Shown here piece after piece: positions 50,542 to 64,000 of a stretch of 64,000 nt of DNA. The stretch is from Yuukianura sp. NJ FZ-2021 (Eukaryota), in assembly GCA_046563655.1 (NCBI GenBank), contig CM102290.1, positions 11,842,001-11,906,000 of the forward strand, given 5' to 3'. Made by a program: the position numbers and the translations under genes. Position 1 is the stretch's first letter. Each line of letters begins with the position of its first letter. The notes under the pieces are model-generated. The model had not been told where the DNA came from and searched no databases. It saw nothing but the letters and a program-made list of their open reading frames with translations.

Positions 50542-52805
50542 ATGGTTAATCAATTTAAGAAGCTCTTCTTTGGCCTCTGGTAAGTTAAGACGAGTAAGTA
50601 CTTTCAATCGATTGGGTGGTGGCTTTAGGTAGTTAGTATGTAATGGTTTTGCACTGTTTGTTGACAGGAACCATGCAAAACTGAAGCCTGTTTACGACCG
50701 GCGACAATGGGCCTGGACAGACGAAATTTGCACTCTTCATACGCATGCGCTTATTCTGAATGTCATCATTAGCTTCATCTCATTTGCTTACACGCGAACT
50801 GAATTCGTACCGGACGAAGGATGGCAATCAATGGAAGTCGCCTACCAAGTCCACACTGGGTGTGTTCAAATACATTCCTAGTTATATAACGTTTTAGAAG
50901 TTATAAATCTGATCGCATTGTTGTTCCAGGAAGGGATTCTTGACATGGGAATGGAAGTATGGACTCCGAAGTTACATTTATCCACTCTTTGTTGGTCTAC
51001 CGATGTACTTTGTGGATGTTTTGAATTCAGGATTTCCAATGGTATTACTATTTCATACTTTGCACCAATTCTTTCTAAAGATGTCGATGTCACTACTGAT
51101 TCAAACTGGATTTTTTCATTTTTCAGTTTGGATTCTCCCGCCTCATCCAAGCCATATTACTTCTTATCGGGGAGCAGTGCTATTATCATCACGTAGTGAA
51201 GCGATACGGTCTCGTGCCAGGACTATTTTCACTGCTCATTTTAATTACTACTTGGTTTGTGATGTTCGCTGGATCGAGGACCTTGACTAACTCTTTCGAA
51301 TTGGCGTTAAATTTAGTCGCTCTCTACTTCCTTTACGAAGGTAAGTGATAGACTTTTCACCTTGGTAAAACCTTGCAAAAAGCACTAATGAAATTTTTGA
51401 TTCAACAGGTCACACTGCTAGATTTGTTGCCGTCGTAGCCCTGAACTTTGTCGTTCGCCCCACTGCCCTCATTTATTGGGTAGCTTACATCCCTGAAATC
51501 TATTCTTTAGTATTCAAATCATGGCGATCTCTGTTTAGTACTCTGGTTGTTGGGTGAGTAACCGATTTCTTTGATTCTTGGTTCGATTCCTTGCAATTGC
51601 ATGCTTCTTTTTTTGTTGCAGATTTGGTGTGATAATTGGGAACTTGTGTGTGGATTGGGCCCATTATGGCCGTCCTGTCTTTCCCTGGTGGAACTTTTTT
51701 GTCTTCAACTTCCTGGAGGGAAAAAGTGCAGAGTTCGGTGTGAATCCATTGTGTTGGTACCTTTACTCTGCAATTCCTTCGATTCTTGGGCTCAACGTAG
51801 TTTTAGCTTATGCAGTCATGTCGACCTGGCCATCGCGCTATATCACTGATTTAAGAGTCATTGTTGTTTTCATTGGAATTTATAGGTAAACTTGCTGAAT
51901 TGTGCTCATTTGCCATGAAATATTATTGGAGTAAAACTACAAGTTTCTCTTTTTCATTCCAGTCTGGTGGCGCACAAGGAAATTCGATTTATGCTGCCGA
52001 TTTTGCCGCAATTTTGCTCCATTTTGGGTGATATCTGGGCCTATTTGATTCCTACAGCCTATGGAAGATTACATTCCACCCGATGGTAAGATGATTGCAC
52101 CTTCAAATCCAGAAAAATCACATTTAGAAAAATCATGCTCATCAAAATCATGGATTTTTTCAAAATTTCAAAGTTGTGATGCTAAACTTCTCAGGGTTGT
52201 GATAACTGCGTTCGCGTGTACCATGTCAGCCCAGTTTGCCGCTTCCTTCTTCTTCATGGGCTATCATCAGGCAGGTATCGCTCCCGCTGCCAACTTTATC
52301 GTACGAGATGCCGCTGCCATGCCAAATCCAATCATCTGGGTCATGATGCCCTGCTACTCTCTGCCAGTTCATACGTAATAACAATTTAACAATTTACATT
52401 CAAGCAAGCAACCAAGCATTTCAACCAATTGAATTGCGACTGACGATTGATTGTTTGCTCCGCAGATATCTTCATCATCCCAATGCATCTTTCGAGTACT
52501 TTACATGTGCTCCTCAAGGTTACGAATACGACGCTCCCAATATCCACTCCGGTGACTTCATGGACCTCGACTTAACTGAATTTGTAAAAACAAAGTTGGG
52601 CAGTGACCAAACCCTGAGTCCAGACTATGTCTTGCTCTACGACTATTCAACACAAACAGTTCTCGCTGCCTTGCGCTCCATCTCTGACCACCTCAATTAC
52701 AAAATTTGCGGAAACTACTTCCATACTGCCTTTCCATTCGATAGTGTTGGAAAGGAAGTAGAGATTCTCTGCAAACTCCATCCGGTGACGACGATGACAG
52801 AATGA
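50542..52805 (+). CDS. PIGB: GPI mannosyltransferase 3 (PIG-B, GT22 family)
   Basis: Multi-exon membrane protein with FVPDEGWQSMEVA, LTWEWKYGLRSYIYP, RTLTNSFE, VRPTA, WNFFVFN...FGVNPLCWY, HKEIRFMLPILP, YHQAG and MMPCYSLP. The start exon 50542-50579 is inferred from phase. Confidence 0.88.
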
Positions 52806-52978
52806 GCTCACAAATATGACCAGATGCAATACAACTTCTGGTTGTTCCCACCAATAAACTCACTTTCTTGGGCAACTGCTAAACTTCAAAAGCTGAGACG
52901 AGTAGGTATTTATTTAGTTAGCTTAGAAAATAATTCAGTTCAATTAACATTTCAAAAGGAGGAGTGTAACTGATTGAA

Positions 52979-54121
52979 TTATTCCGCTGCTCGGCTCTGC
53001 ACGTTTTGTCGATTCAACTTCTTCTTAGACACCTTCTTCTTTACAGGTTCGTCTTCTGTAGCTTTGGCCACAATGTCCTCCTTCTCTCCAAGGATGACTT
53101 CAATGTGACATGGGGATGACATGTAGGCTATGGAAAATTAACATTGATTGATCAAAATCAACTTTTCACATTCAGATCTACCGATAACTGCTGTGTCTAA
53201 GGATGGCGAACTGAGTAAAATGGTCTAACTTACGGTTAATTCGACCGTGAGCTCTGTATGTTCGTCGTCTCATCTTAGGAGCTCGGTTGACTTGGATGTG
53301 CTCAATGACAAGTCGGTCTGCATCCAATCCCTTTTGATCTGCATTGGATTCCGCGTTTCGCAGAAGTTGCAGGAGGAACTCGGCGGATTTCTTTGGCCAA
53401 CGTCCCTGGGTCACGCTCCATTGCTTAGCCTGAAAATACCGTACATAATCAGTGAATTACAAATCCAAACTAAAAAGTTCGAAATTCGGAGTAATGTTTA
53501 TGAGTAATTGTAATTACCTGAGCACATCTACCAACGCCACCGTTGTATCTTCTAAAAGGAACGCACTCCTTCATCTCCAGAACGTTCTTGAGGTAACGGA
53601 TGGCTCTCCTCAGGGGCATACGCTTGATGGCCCCAGCGGCTTCTCGTGTGTTCTGTAATTTAGTAAAAATTGTCATTAATTTTTGCAGAGCTCCCGAAAA
53701 TCGTCAATTCAAAGGAAGATTCTAAAGCATCATCTCTCAAACAGTAACTACACACATTTCCTTTGTGATTTACCGAAAGACAAACCCAATTGTTTTGGTT
53801 TCGTCCATTGCTGGGTTAAATGAATGTTGGCGACCATGAGGTCAGATCACAACATCGCCACACAATGGACTAACTTCTTCAATTGCCAATTATAATTACA
53901 AACCCATTTCATTCTAATTCACATAACTCAAACCGCGTGGTGTACGTTATACGTTATATACTTGATGTTTCCAAACACGCAATTGAGAAATTGAACGATT
54001 ATTTTTCGTAATGTAAACCTACACCCATGTCAAGACTTACCTTGAAGTGAACACGGAGGTTAGATCCTCGAGCCTTACAGCTCTTGGACGGGTTATCGGG
54101 TTCCCTTGAATACCGACCCAT
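52979..54121 (-). CDS. RpL17: 60S ribosomal protein L17 (uL22)
   Basis: [33 protein letters not shown]...[16 protein letters not shown]...[23 protein letters not shown]...[11 protein letters not shown]...[12 protein letters not shown]. Confidence 0.97.
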
Positions 54122-55148
54122 TTGATTAATTAGTTGTTCTAATTAAGACAATCGATGACCCTATGTCACTTGGTACTGTAGACAACCCGTGTGCGTGTTC
54201 TTAACGCTGTTTGATGGAGAACGAGAAATCCACCGGGTGCTCTTCTACACTTTTCGCCAATTCAACGGCGAGGAACCAGAAAACCAAAAATCTCCCTTCG
54301 AGATGGCTCTGGCCTCATCCAAACACAGCATTCGAATATCCATAGCCCAATTCTAGCCAACCCCACCAACTAAAATCCTATTCAAATGAATTACCTAAGT
54401 TTTATTAGTTATACATGTGTAATTACATATAATTCATCAACTATTTTCCTGTAATTAGTTCAAATTATTGAACTAACTACGATTTTCAGTAAAAACGTAT
54501 TGTTTTTATATATTTTCTAAGTTATTTTAATACGTACGGTTTTGACCCTACAGTATGTATGCTTTCATTTCTAGCACATTACAGTGCTCAAACGCATCGC
54601 AATTTGAAATGCTCTGAAAAAGGGGCGTGGTTTTCAAAGTGGCCTTAGCTTGGTTTCTTTATGCCAAAATTCGGAAGCTTATCAGGTCCAAATACTTTTT
54701 TTTTCAAACAATTCAACATTTTACAAATGAATTTGCAAAATGTGGTTTTGTTTAGAAAAGCAAATCGAAGATGAAATAAGCACAGTTTTACGTAATTTAT
54801 TCAGACACAAGTTACTTATAGCAGGAATGAAGTTGGTGCACTTCGTGGTAAACAACGTTGAACGATGAACAAAAGTAGTACATGCACTAATTACAATGTA
54901 CTTAAATAATAAGTGCGATAAAAGTGAGCAAAAATGTATCAAGGTTGTATAAGCTCGAGTTGATATTCATAAGATCCTTACTCTTCTATCAAGTAATTCA
55001 AATTTAACACTAATTAACAAAATTCTGGACGAATTTGACTTGTTTTTAGGCGGAATAGGCTTAAACTTGAACACGTTGTACTTCAGCCAGTCAAACTCTA
55101 TCTAATGAGCAAATAATTCTAAGTAAATATCATTTAACGTTTGGCTGC

Positions 55149-58100
55149 TCAAGACTTGACCCTGGGCCAATACGGGTCCTCCTCCATTTCTTGCATGACC
55201 TCTTGGTACAGTGGCCTAGTTCTTCTGAAAATCCGGATCCCCTTCACAGGTCCGCTCATAAGAAGCAGCATCTACGAGATTTTCAAATTAGCAATTGAAT
55301 TTAAACAATTTCTATTAAAATATAATAATAATAATATTAAAATAATATAGTAATTACAACACACCTCAATGGCAAGAGAGAAGATGAGATTCATGAAAGG
55401 AAAGAGGAGCAGGGACAGACGGAAAGCTGTTGTGGTGGGGTCAAGTGGCATGAGCCCCACGAAATCAGCAATCCATTCATAGGGGTACGCAGTGAGGACG
55501 AGATTCACTGTCGTGAGGACAGCCAATGTCACCACAAAATACCCTATTTTAAAAATTTATCAATTAGATACATAGTTATTGATAATTAGATTTACAAAAG
55601 ATGACAGCTTCGACTGGACATACCATTGGTATAGAATGGCTTTCTGAAGGGCGGTCCACTGGAGAATACCAAGGCAAGAATGAGGTATTGGAAGCCGCTG
55701 ATGCAAAAGAGTACTGAATTTTCCCAGCAGAGGGTTTGCATGTCATCCCCAGTGGGAATTTCGACCTCAACGTACCACGGCTGAGCTTGGAGGTAGATCA
55801 ACGCACCGATCTGAAATCCTGCAGTGATGAATATTTGGGAAAGGATGGACAGGATATTCTGGAAGGATGCAAGGTTTCCAATGGGCCGCTTCGCAATGAT
55901 TCTGTCGTAAGGTTCAGTACGTCCCATTACAATGGCCAAAGTGGTCGTAATGATAAGGTCAATGTACAGGAACTCAGCATCGGACAAATTGGATCCAAGC
56001 TACAATAGATAAACAAAATTATTTCAACAAAATAAGTCGTGGTCAATACAAACAAGTGCTTAAGTTGCAAAATTCTTACCCGGTACAGCGAGAGTACAGT
56101 GATGAATTGGACCAAACTGTAAAGTGCCATGTACTTGAACATTCTGAAAAAGTAAACAAAGCTATTGTCAAATTCTAGTTTTCAACTAAATACCGAAAAA
56201 TTTTAAGTTTCGGTGTAAAAACATACCCGAAGCTTGTGACAAGTGCACATCGTCCTTCACGAATCAAGTGCGGGACACAAGAGATATCCGGCGTCTTGGA
56301 TGTAAAAGGAGCTGCCACTGATGCTTCAGCTTCCGACAATGAAATTCCAACATGCGCCGTTTTTAAAGCCGAACCTGAAATTTCATCAAAATTCAAATGA
56401 AATTTTCGAATTTATTTTTAAAAAAAGAGTCTTACAGTCGTTGGCTCCATCGCCGCACATTGCCGTGACGTATCCAAGACTCTGCAATAACAATAAAAAA
56501 GTCAATGCTAGTTTGTTTTAAACTTTGCTCTAAATGTTTAAAAAGTTTGAATTTCAGCGATTACCTGAAGCGATTCAACTAACTGTTGTTTCCATTCGGG
56601 TGACATGCGAGCATAAACAGTTCCCTTGGCAAGAATTCTATGAAGCAGCATTTTGGGATGACAGCGAAACAGGATATCCCACGTCCTACCGGTCACAACA
56701 AAATGGTAATTGGAATCCATTGTAACAAACTCAGGATCAGCCGAATATCTTTCGCCGCCTTGAATCGGAATGAGTCTGTCCATGTCAATTCGGCTGTCAT
56801 TGCTGTCACGATCGTCTTCATCCGCACTTTGATCTGATGCGGACTCACTTCGGATTGATCCCTCACTTGGAAGAAATGATGCTGGGCACTCACTACTGCT
56901 ACTGCTCTCACTTTTGGTCATGTGAGAGAGTCTTCTTCGTTGACTGCCGCCGAAAGACGCAGTTTCACCTGCTTCGTAATGATGAGCTGCCAAGGTGTAC
57001 TCAATTTCACCATCGGCGTGAGCGTTGACAATCACGACCTTAGAAAAGTGAAAAGGTGAAGATAGAAAATGTTGAAACACATCGAAATTTTGCAATTTCA
57101 CGGTTTACCTTGTCACAACTTGGAATCATGCCGCATTCTCTGGCGACACTGAGAGCAGTCAGAGCGTTGTCTCCTGTAACCATTACACTCCGGATGTCAG
57201 CGTGTCTCAACTCCCGAATCACTGGAATAGTTGCTTCCTTCAAACTGTTTTGCATGATGAGAAACCCAGTAAAAATCAGATCACTTTCAATCTAAAATTG
57301 AATTTGACAAAAAATATTAATAAGAATCCGAAATCCTAAAAAAGTAAGTGAAATGTTTCAACTTACCATTTCACGAGAAGCACGTTGGACTTGAACCCAG
57401 CTTCGCGTAATAATTCTCCGCCTAAAATGAAATCGAGATAATTAGTTTATCTCGCTTATTCACTGCACGATATTTTTTTTTCATGGTTTTCGGAAATTCG
57501 TAAATTGAAACTTACGCCAGTGCAAGTACTCTGTATCCTTTGACAGTATAAGAATCCAGGACGAGATCATAGTCTTCAGGTAGTTCCGAGCACAAAACAC
57601 TGACTTTCTCCGGCGAGCCTTTGCAGTAAACAGTCATAGAGCTGGATTCCAAAGGCTTCACAACAACCGACATACGCTGAAGTTGCGGCGTGAATTCAAA
57701 TTCCCGAATGATACCGATTTCCGTACCTCGCTTTTTGACGTAAGTTGGAGTCAAGACGTCAAAGCGTTCCTCGTCTGCACCGCTAAGAGGTTCTACCAAT
57801 TCCTGCAAAAATCATAAATAATTAAAACAAATTAACATAATTCTTTGAATTTGAAAACAAAATGAGAATTTTTACCCATCCAGTGGCTTCAAACATCTTT
57901 AAATCCAGTGGATCTCCGACAAGGTTGCCTTTGATGTATGTCAAGGAGTGACAAGTGGCCATGCCTTGACCAATAGGCGATGATGGTGGCAAGTAACTGA
58001 CGTCGTGCTGAGCGTCTCCAAACCGCATATTGTTGTTTTCTTCATCTGCTTCCAAGGTGGGAACAACAGCAGCAAAATCTAATCCATCCTCAGTCAGAGT

Positions 58101-60306
58101 TCCGGTTTTGTCGAAGCAAATAAGTTGAAGTTTTCCACATGAATTGATTTTAGGTGGAGAGATACAGAAAATATCACGGAGTTTCAGGCGCGCCTGGGCA
58201 TAAACAGTTCCCACAGTTAAAGCGGCTGGCAAGGCGGGAGGAACGACAATCTAAAATAGGAAAACAAATATTTGAATTAAGTTTGAATGTCCTCCAGTAT
58301 TTTAGACCGTTCAGAAAGTACTGGATGATAAAAATGGCTTCTTCGCAACAAAATATTGCTCCCGTACTTCCCAGTTTACCTTCAGAACAAGCATCTTTTT
58401 GGTTAAAACTGATCACTTACCGTCACAATGTCGAGAACCCGAATAAGAATAGTTTTGAAAGATGCCTAAAAATAACAAATCAATATCATTTTTTAAAAAA
58501 ATCAATTTTCTAAATTAATTTTGTTGAAAGTAAATCGTAGACTCACGTGGCGGGAAAAGTAAATTTGCAAGCAGTAGGTCATTCCACAGAGCGCAATACA
58601 GAACAGCACGCCTACAAATCGCATTGCGTCTGCGTAGAAGTCCAATCCACTCTTCTTTGGAAACAACATGGACCGAATCAAGCCCCCTTTGAGCGTGGCA
58701 AACCCAGTTCGAACAACCACAGCACAAACCTAAACCAAATATGGTAATTTAGTCATTACTTGATTAATTGAGTTTATAATGTCAATGTTTCAGAAAATTG
58801 CCTTGTTTCCCCCGTAGAATCTAGTTTGGATGACTTGTGTTCCAGCGAAGATCGTATGACGTTTGTGCACCTCTGAGTCATAAAATTCATTCGACTCTGC
58901 AACGGGAGTTTTTCGTACTGGGACGGACTCCCCTGTCAGCATACTCTCGTTCACAATGCAGCTTCCATTCAGCACAACAGCATCACCTTAACAAATGAAA
59001 CAAAAGTCAGTCACACAAGTACTTATTAAATAACTAATTAACAGAGATTGCTAATTAATTAATTTGTAAAAATTCTTTAGCTTACAAGGCATAATCATTC
59101 CTTCCGGCGGAATAAAGATGACGTCACCCGGAACCAACTCTTGCGCACAGATCTCATCTTCCGCTGAGAAATTAAACACAAAATTAACATTATTCATTAT
59201 TTCTAAAACTTAGTTGAAACTTGATCAAAATCTAAAATTTTGAACTAAAAATCACCTCCTTGGGGCGTTCGAACTGCAACGACTAGATTCTCATGTCCCA
59301 TGGCCATTTCGCGGAGTGACTCCATCTGTCTTCGAGTTTCCACAAGTGACATTACGATGGAAATACAGGAAATTACGATGACACAGACAGCGTAGTAGTA
59401 GTAGTCGTCAAAACACCACAAAATGACACTTCCAATTTGGAAAACGTAGAAGGGGTTGAGCACTTCTTCAAAAAGCAACGCTAGATAACTTTTGACCTCA
59501 ACATTGATCACGTTGGATCCGTACATAACCTGTCTAAAATTACAAAATACAAAAGAAAAAATTAAACTGAACTACTTTTTCAAAATTCATCTAAATAAGC
59601 ATTTTTAGTAGGTTGCGTTACAGTTGTAGTCTTCGGTCCGGGAGTAGCCCAGGATAAGATTCCAGTAAATCCGAAGTTGTCACCGATTCCAGTCCCTCCA
59701 GTTTCCGGAAGTAGCCTTGCTGGTCGTCCCAGAAGTAATGCTCATGACGGAAGATGAAATGGCGGAAGTTTTTCTTGGACGAAGACAAAGCAGATCTTGT
59801 TAGTGGAGTCCTTTCAGACGTTTCTTCTTCCTCGTCATCTTCAATTCCTTGACTAGCTACTCTTCCGTCACGCTGAGCTTTGTTCGGCAAGAAGTCAATC
59901 GAGCTGTGTTGGACGGCGCACTCGAAATACTCGTCATCTTCCTGAAAATGTAGACCAAGCCAAGTTTAAAACACAATTTCGGAGAAAATTGTACACAATT
60001 TGTTAAGGCTAGCAAAGGTTAATTCACACTTACCAGGATGAGGACAGTGGTTGCATTGCGAAGATACGTTGGACTGGCACGAAGATAGACGTTCCACTGG
60101 ACATACCAGCGACAAAATAAGTAAGGAGCTCCGACGAGAACCAAGTTCAGAAGGCAGTAGAAGAACGTTTTGATGTAATTCGTTTTGTAGCCGAAGCATT
60201 TCGTTTTTGCGCTGTGCGCATCCACCAAATCCTGACTCTTCTTGTTGTAACCCTGGTTAACATGAAGAGACGAATGGGAACTGGAAGTCCTGCCGTGCTT
60301 GGTCAT
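55149..60306 (-). CDS. P5B-type P-type ATPase (ATP13A2/3-like, putative polyamine transporter)
   Basis: Many exons carrying [30 protein letters not shown] (P5B PPALP), [40 protein letters not shown] and a C-terminal DPYWP. Confidence 0.93.
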
Positions 60307-62487
60307 GGTTCCTCTGAAATCGATTATAAAACGTTCAGTTAGTTTAATTACTTTAATTGAATTAGTTACCTTTAATTGTCCAGTGTAACTCACCAGGAAG
60401 AAACCTCGTAACGTTTCAGTCGATGGAGCCCAGTGCCCAGCTTCCTTTCTCCGACGCACATGAACAATGGAGTGGACGACACTTCGGGAGGCGCCAATTT
60501 CAAACCATTCTGGACCGTGGGAACGTCCACCGTCAAGAAGAGGCCAAACTTGACACTTTAGCTAAGTTAGCTTAGTTTACCAGCCAAAGTTGTGTCAGGA
60601 GGATTACTAATGTCCACTACTACTAAAACTGGTTGTGCCAAATTCGTGTCCCACGATTAGTCAAAAAACAAATGATTCACCACAGAATAAAACTGCAAGC
60701 GTCGTCACTTTCTTGATTTCCTCACCAGCACTTAACAACTTAAGTCATAAACTGCAATTAAGTTAACCAAGTCCACTAACTAACTATGTGTGAAATGAAA
60801 TTAGTTGACCATAAGAGGGTGTTAAAGATGTTTTGACAATAGGCGATAACTAGTTTTGGTTTTCCTTATCACACGGCAATGGCCTTACTAATCACAAATC
60901 CTATCTTATTCTTCTAGTTAGTACAAAAAACGTTACACTCTTTGATTAAAATCACTGGCCTCAATCCAACGTGTTTAGTCTCTGGAGTGGTACTAATCTC
61001 CATGGCGTACTAACATTAGTCTCTTGCTTGCTAAGTACTGCCATACTTCATTTTGAAGTTCACAAAGATCAAGTGAAGTTCTTATCTGCCTCATGTCATT
61101 AACAAAACTACTTTTCAATTTCCATTGCATAAGCTATCAACTTATTCAACTTATGTAGACAACACAAATTCACGATTCAATTGTCTTCTCAACTGAAGTG
61201 TAGCACTGGCCCAAGCTCCCTCGGTGTCCCAACTAGGTTAGAGCCAAGCTAACCCCAAAGTGGTCAAACCACAATTAATTAATGCTCCAAGTGCCGATGC
61301 AAAGAGTCATATTGACTCATACCAAATTTTTTACTTTTCAATACCTAGCAAATTTATCCTTTTTAAATCTTACTTTCTCAGAAACAGTGCAATTTTTGTT
61401 TAAAAACTGGACTACCGTATTTCCTTGCCTATTACTCGCGTTTTATCTGTCAAATTTTGAATTCTGAAACAAAATCCAACGATTCTGGAAGCAAATAATG
61501 TTGGAATAAATTTTGTTTTCTTCCTGAAAAGTAAAGATTTCTGTCAATTACGTGCAAGAGTTGTTATGCTTGAGTGCAATGCGTCATATGGACAAGAAAA
61601 TACGGCAATAACCTAACGCATCAAAGGAAACGAAATACAAACTGATAACCTCGTGGGGTCAAATGGAGTTGCTGACATTATGTTATTGCAGAAAAACAAA
61701 TTACGAATGTTATGATGACGATGACGAATTGTAAACTTCGCAGAAAAAACTTTTTGAATCTCTTCCTGCCGTTTTATTTATTTTCTGTAGTTGATATATT
61801 TAAAAAGTTTTTGAGTACTTGGTAGTTGTGTGATGTAAATTTAAAAAGTTCAAGGTCAAACGTTAAATGTAAGCTGTAAAGACCAAAACGGCCTAATTGT
61901 TGACATCCTTGACCTGACAAAGGCAAACTATAAACCGAATTTGTGGTGTTTCAACATCAAACATAAACATTAACACAAAAAAGTTCGTTTTTTCGTTTGG
62001 TTTTAAGAAAGCGGCTTCCGGAATAGATTTTTTAAACCACAATTTCGTTATCAAACACCTCATTAAAGCGCGGTTTAGACTCAAGAAAACTGAAAACATA
62101 ACTCCGGTTAACTTTCACCAATTTCCGGATTTTCTTTTTTAAAAAGCTATCAAAAAGTGGCGTCCAGGTCCCAGCAATAAAGCACGAATGCAATTATAAG
62201 GAACGGAAATTTAAAATTTTACAAATTTTTTGGTCGCATATTGGTTTGGGCCGAACGGAACATGAATTTCTTTACTTATTTGAACATCCGATCCAAGAAG
62301 TAGAAGTTGTTCAACTTCTTGGTTTACAGTAGAACTTTAACTTTAAAAAAATTAAATTAAAAACTTTATTTAAAAACTTTATTTTTTTAAACGAAAGACG
62401 AAAACGCAAGTTCACAATCAATTAATGGATTATCCAAGGATATTCCAGTTTTAACTGAATGCAGCAAAGATGAACAGAATTGCGTTA

Positions 62488-63924
62488 CTAATCTTCCGAT
62501 TCTCCTTCTTCCGGAGACTCTTCTGAGAGCTCTTCGTATTTGTCCTTGGTAGGGACAGAAGGAGACGAAGTGCTCGCTAGGTCATTAGTACTGTTAGTAA
62601 ATGGAATAGTGGGACTTGCCATTAATGTTTCGTCGGGTTGGTGCTGCTGGACGGTCACTGGAGACCCTGATGACGATGGTGGTTCCAGCGTGAGTGGCGG
62701 AAACTGTTCCTTTTCCAGTGGAAACGCATCAGACTCCATCATTACTATATCACCCAACGGAGAACTTTCCCACAGCTTGCTATCTTCTTCTTCGATTCCA
62801 GCTTTGAGAGAGGTGATAGCAAAGGTCAAGGAATTCACTTGTCGCTCACGGTTCTCCACTGCAGCAATCAAGTCTTTCCGCAACTCCTGAAAATGAAAAC
62901 AAAATCAAAAAGTTTTAGTAGGGGAGGCTTATGTACAAATAACAAAATTTTTGTTAATTTCAATAAGAGCTTCTAAGGAAGATAAGCTCTGGAGCAAAAA
63001 CGCAAAACATAATACAATCCATGATCAGTTCCAGCAAATATCCAGCATATCGCACCATAAAACTCTTCAAGAGCCACACATAAAAGTCAAATCTGAGAGA
63101 AACTGAGCTCGCGTAAAGCTCAGTCAAGGTGAAAGCTAGTAATTTCTTTTTCAGATTAGTAATCTGTCTTCAGTCTTCATCTTTGAAATGCTTAGGTTGG
63201 GTATGATATGTATTCAATTACCGTGTAATTTTTCAAAGTTTCCTCCAGTTCCTTTCGTCGTATTTCCGTTGCCTTTCGATCCGGTTTGCTTTCAATTAGT
63301 TTGGAAAGTGCTTCATATTCTAGACTATGTTTCCGGTGCTTGGTCTCTTCCTCTATGACGCGCTTGGCATCCACAATTGCCCCTTTCGTCTTTTCACTTT
63401 CTTCGTGAATTGCAGTTTGGAGGGTACTGTAGACGTTTTTAGAGTCTTCATTCATCAGTATTGATGCATGTGTTCTCTTAGCAGTGTACTCAAGCTGTTG
63501 GATCTGTTGCATGATTCGACGGAAGGCCAGGTCACTGTTAAGCAATTAGTAAAAACATGAATTTTTGGGTAAAACATTTTCAGAATACGACGCTAACGTA
63601 GGATATAAAAAGCTAGTTTGGCCGCATACTCTTCAGTTGGGTTAAATTCTTCGGAAGAACAGAGTGACAGGATGGCTTTGAGGCAGGATTGGATCCGCCG
63701 ATCGTCACCACTGCCATCCCCGTCAGCGACCAACCGCCGTCGGATGACTTCATCTGAAACAGTAATAACGAATCAAGTTTAATCAATCAACACATGGTCA
63801 TTATGTTACTGGGAACGTTGCTTATTTATCAATTACCCTGCGTTAAAGTTTCGGACTTGGAGGTAGTAATAGCCGAATTTCCCTTAGTTGAATCCTTTTC
63901 CTTAGTTGACCTGTTATGATCCAT
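62488..63924 (-). CDS. THOC7: THO complex subunit 7 with N- and C-terminal extensions
   Basis: Exon 63924-63837 joins in phase 1 to DEVIRRRLVADGDGSGDDRRI, followed by RKHSLEYEALSKLIESKPDRKAT...VENRERQ and an acidic Ser/Pro-rich tail ending at 62488. Confidence 0.85.
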
Positions 63925-64000
63925 CTTGGTTCGTTAAACGATTAGTACTTGCAAGTATCGTTGTCCAAAATTATCGTGCCTGAGAGAGTAAATCTAAGAA

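Noticed and set aside
60393..60510. Upstream exon as a coding N-terminus of the P5B ATPase
   Set aside because: Splicing it to the acceptor near 60313 creates an in-frame TGA before the ATG at 60306, so I treated it as 5' UTR.

Overview
Eukaryotic, AT-rich, gene-dense genomic DNA with many short (~60-100 nt) GT-AG introns. The protein similarities I recognise point to an arthropod-like animal, but the species cannot be read from the sequence. I could hand-assemble 14 protein-coding genes. In order: a ~2800-aa smoothelin-like CH-domain gene (+), a USP30-like deubiquitinase (-), a SPOP/roadkill-like BTB-BACK gene lacking MATH (-), an unnamed Ser-rich gene (-), a gene encoding only the Costal-2/KIF7 tail (-), a SPRTN-type SprT protease (-), DOHH (+), Sina/Siah (+), a secreted frizzled-related protein (+), MTG1 (-), PIG-B (+), RpL17 (-), a P5B ATPase (-) and THOC7 (-). 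There are also several non-autonomous DNA transposons: two hAT-like elements with 8-bp TSDs, a ~560-bp-arm foldback element that contains one of them, and a GG-ended 8-bp-TSD MITE. The most striking region is 22.7-36 kb, which holds three remodelled regulators. (1) An apparent chimeric gene in which a duplicated 5' end of the neighbouring USP30 gene replaces the SPOP MATH domain. (2) A motorless Costal-2 tail protein. (3) A SPRTN with N-terminal SIM/LIR-like motifs and no C-terminal UBZ. Exon structures come from manual splice-site and phase reading, family calls come from remembered motifs, and no database search was run.
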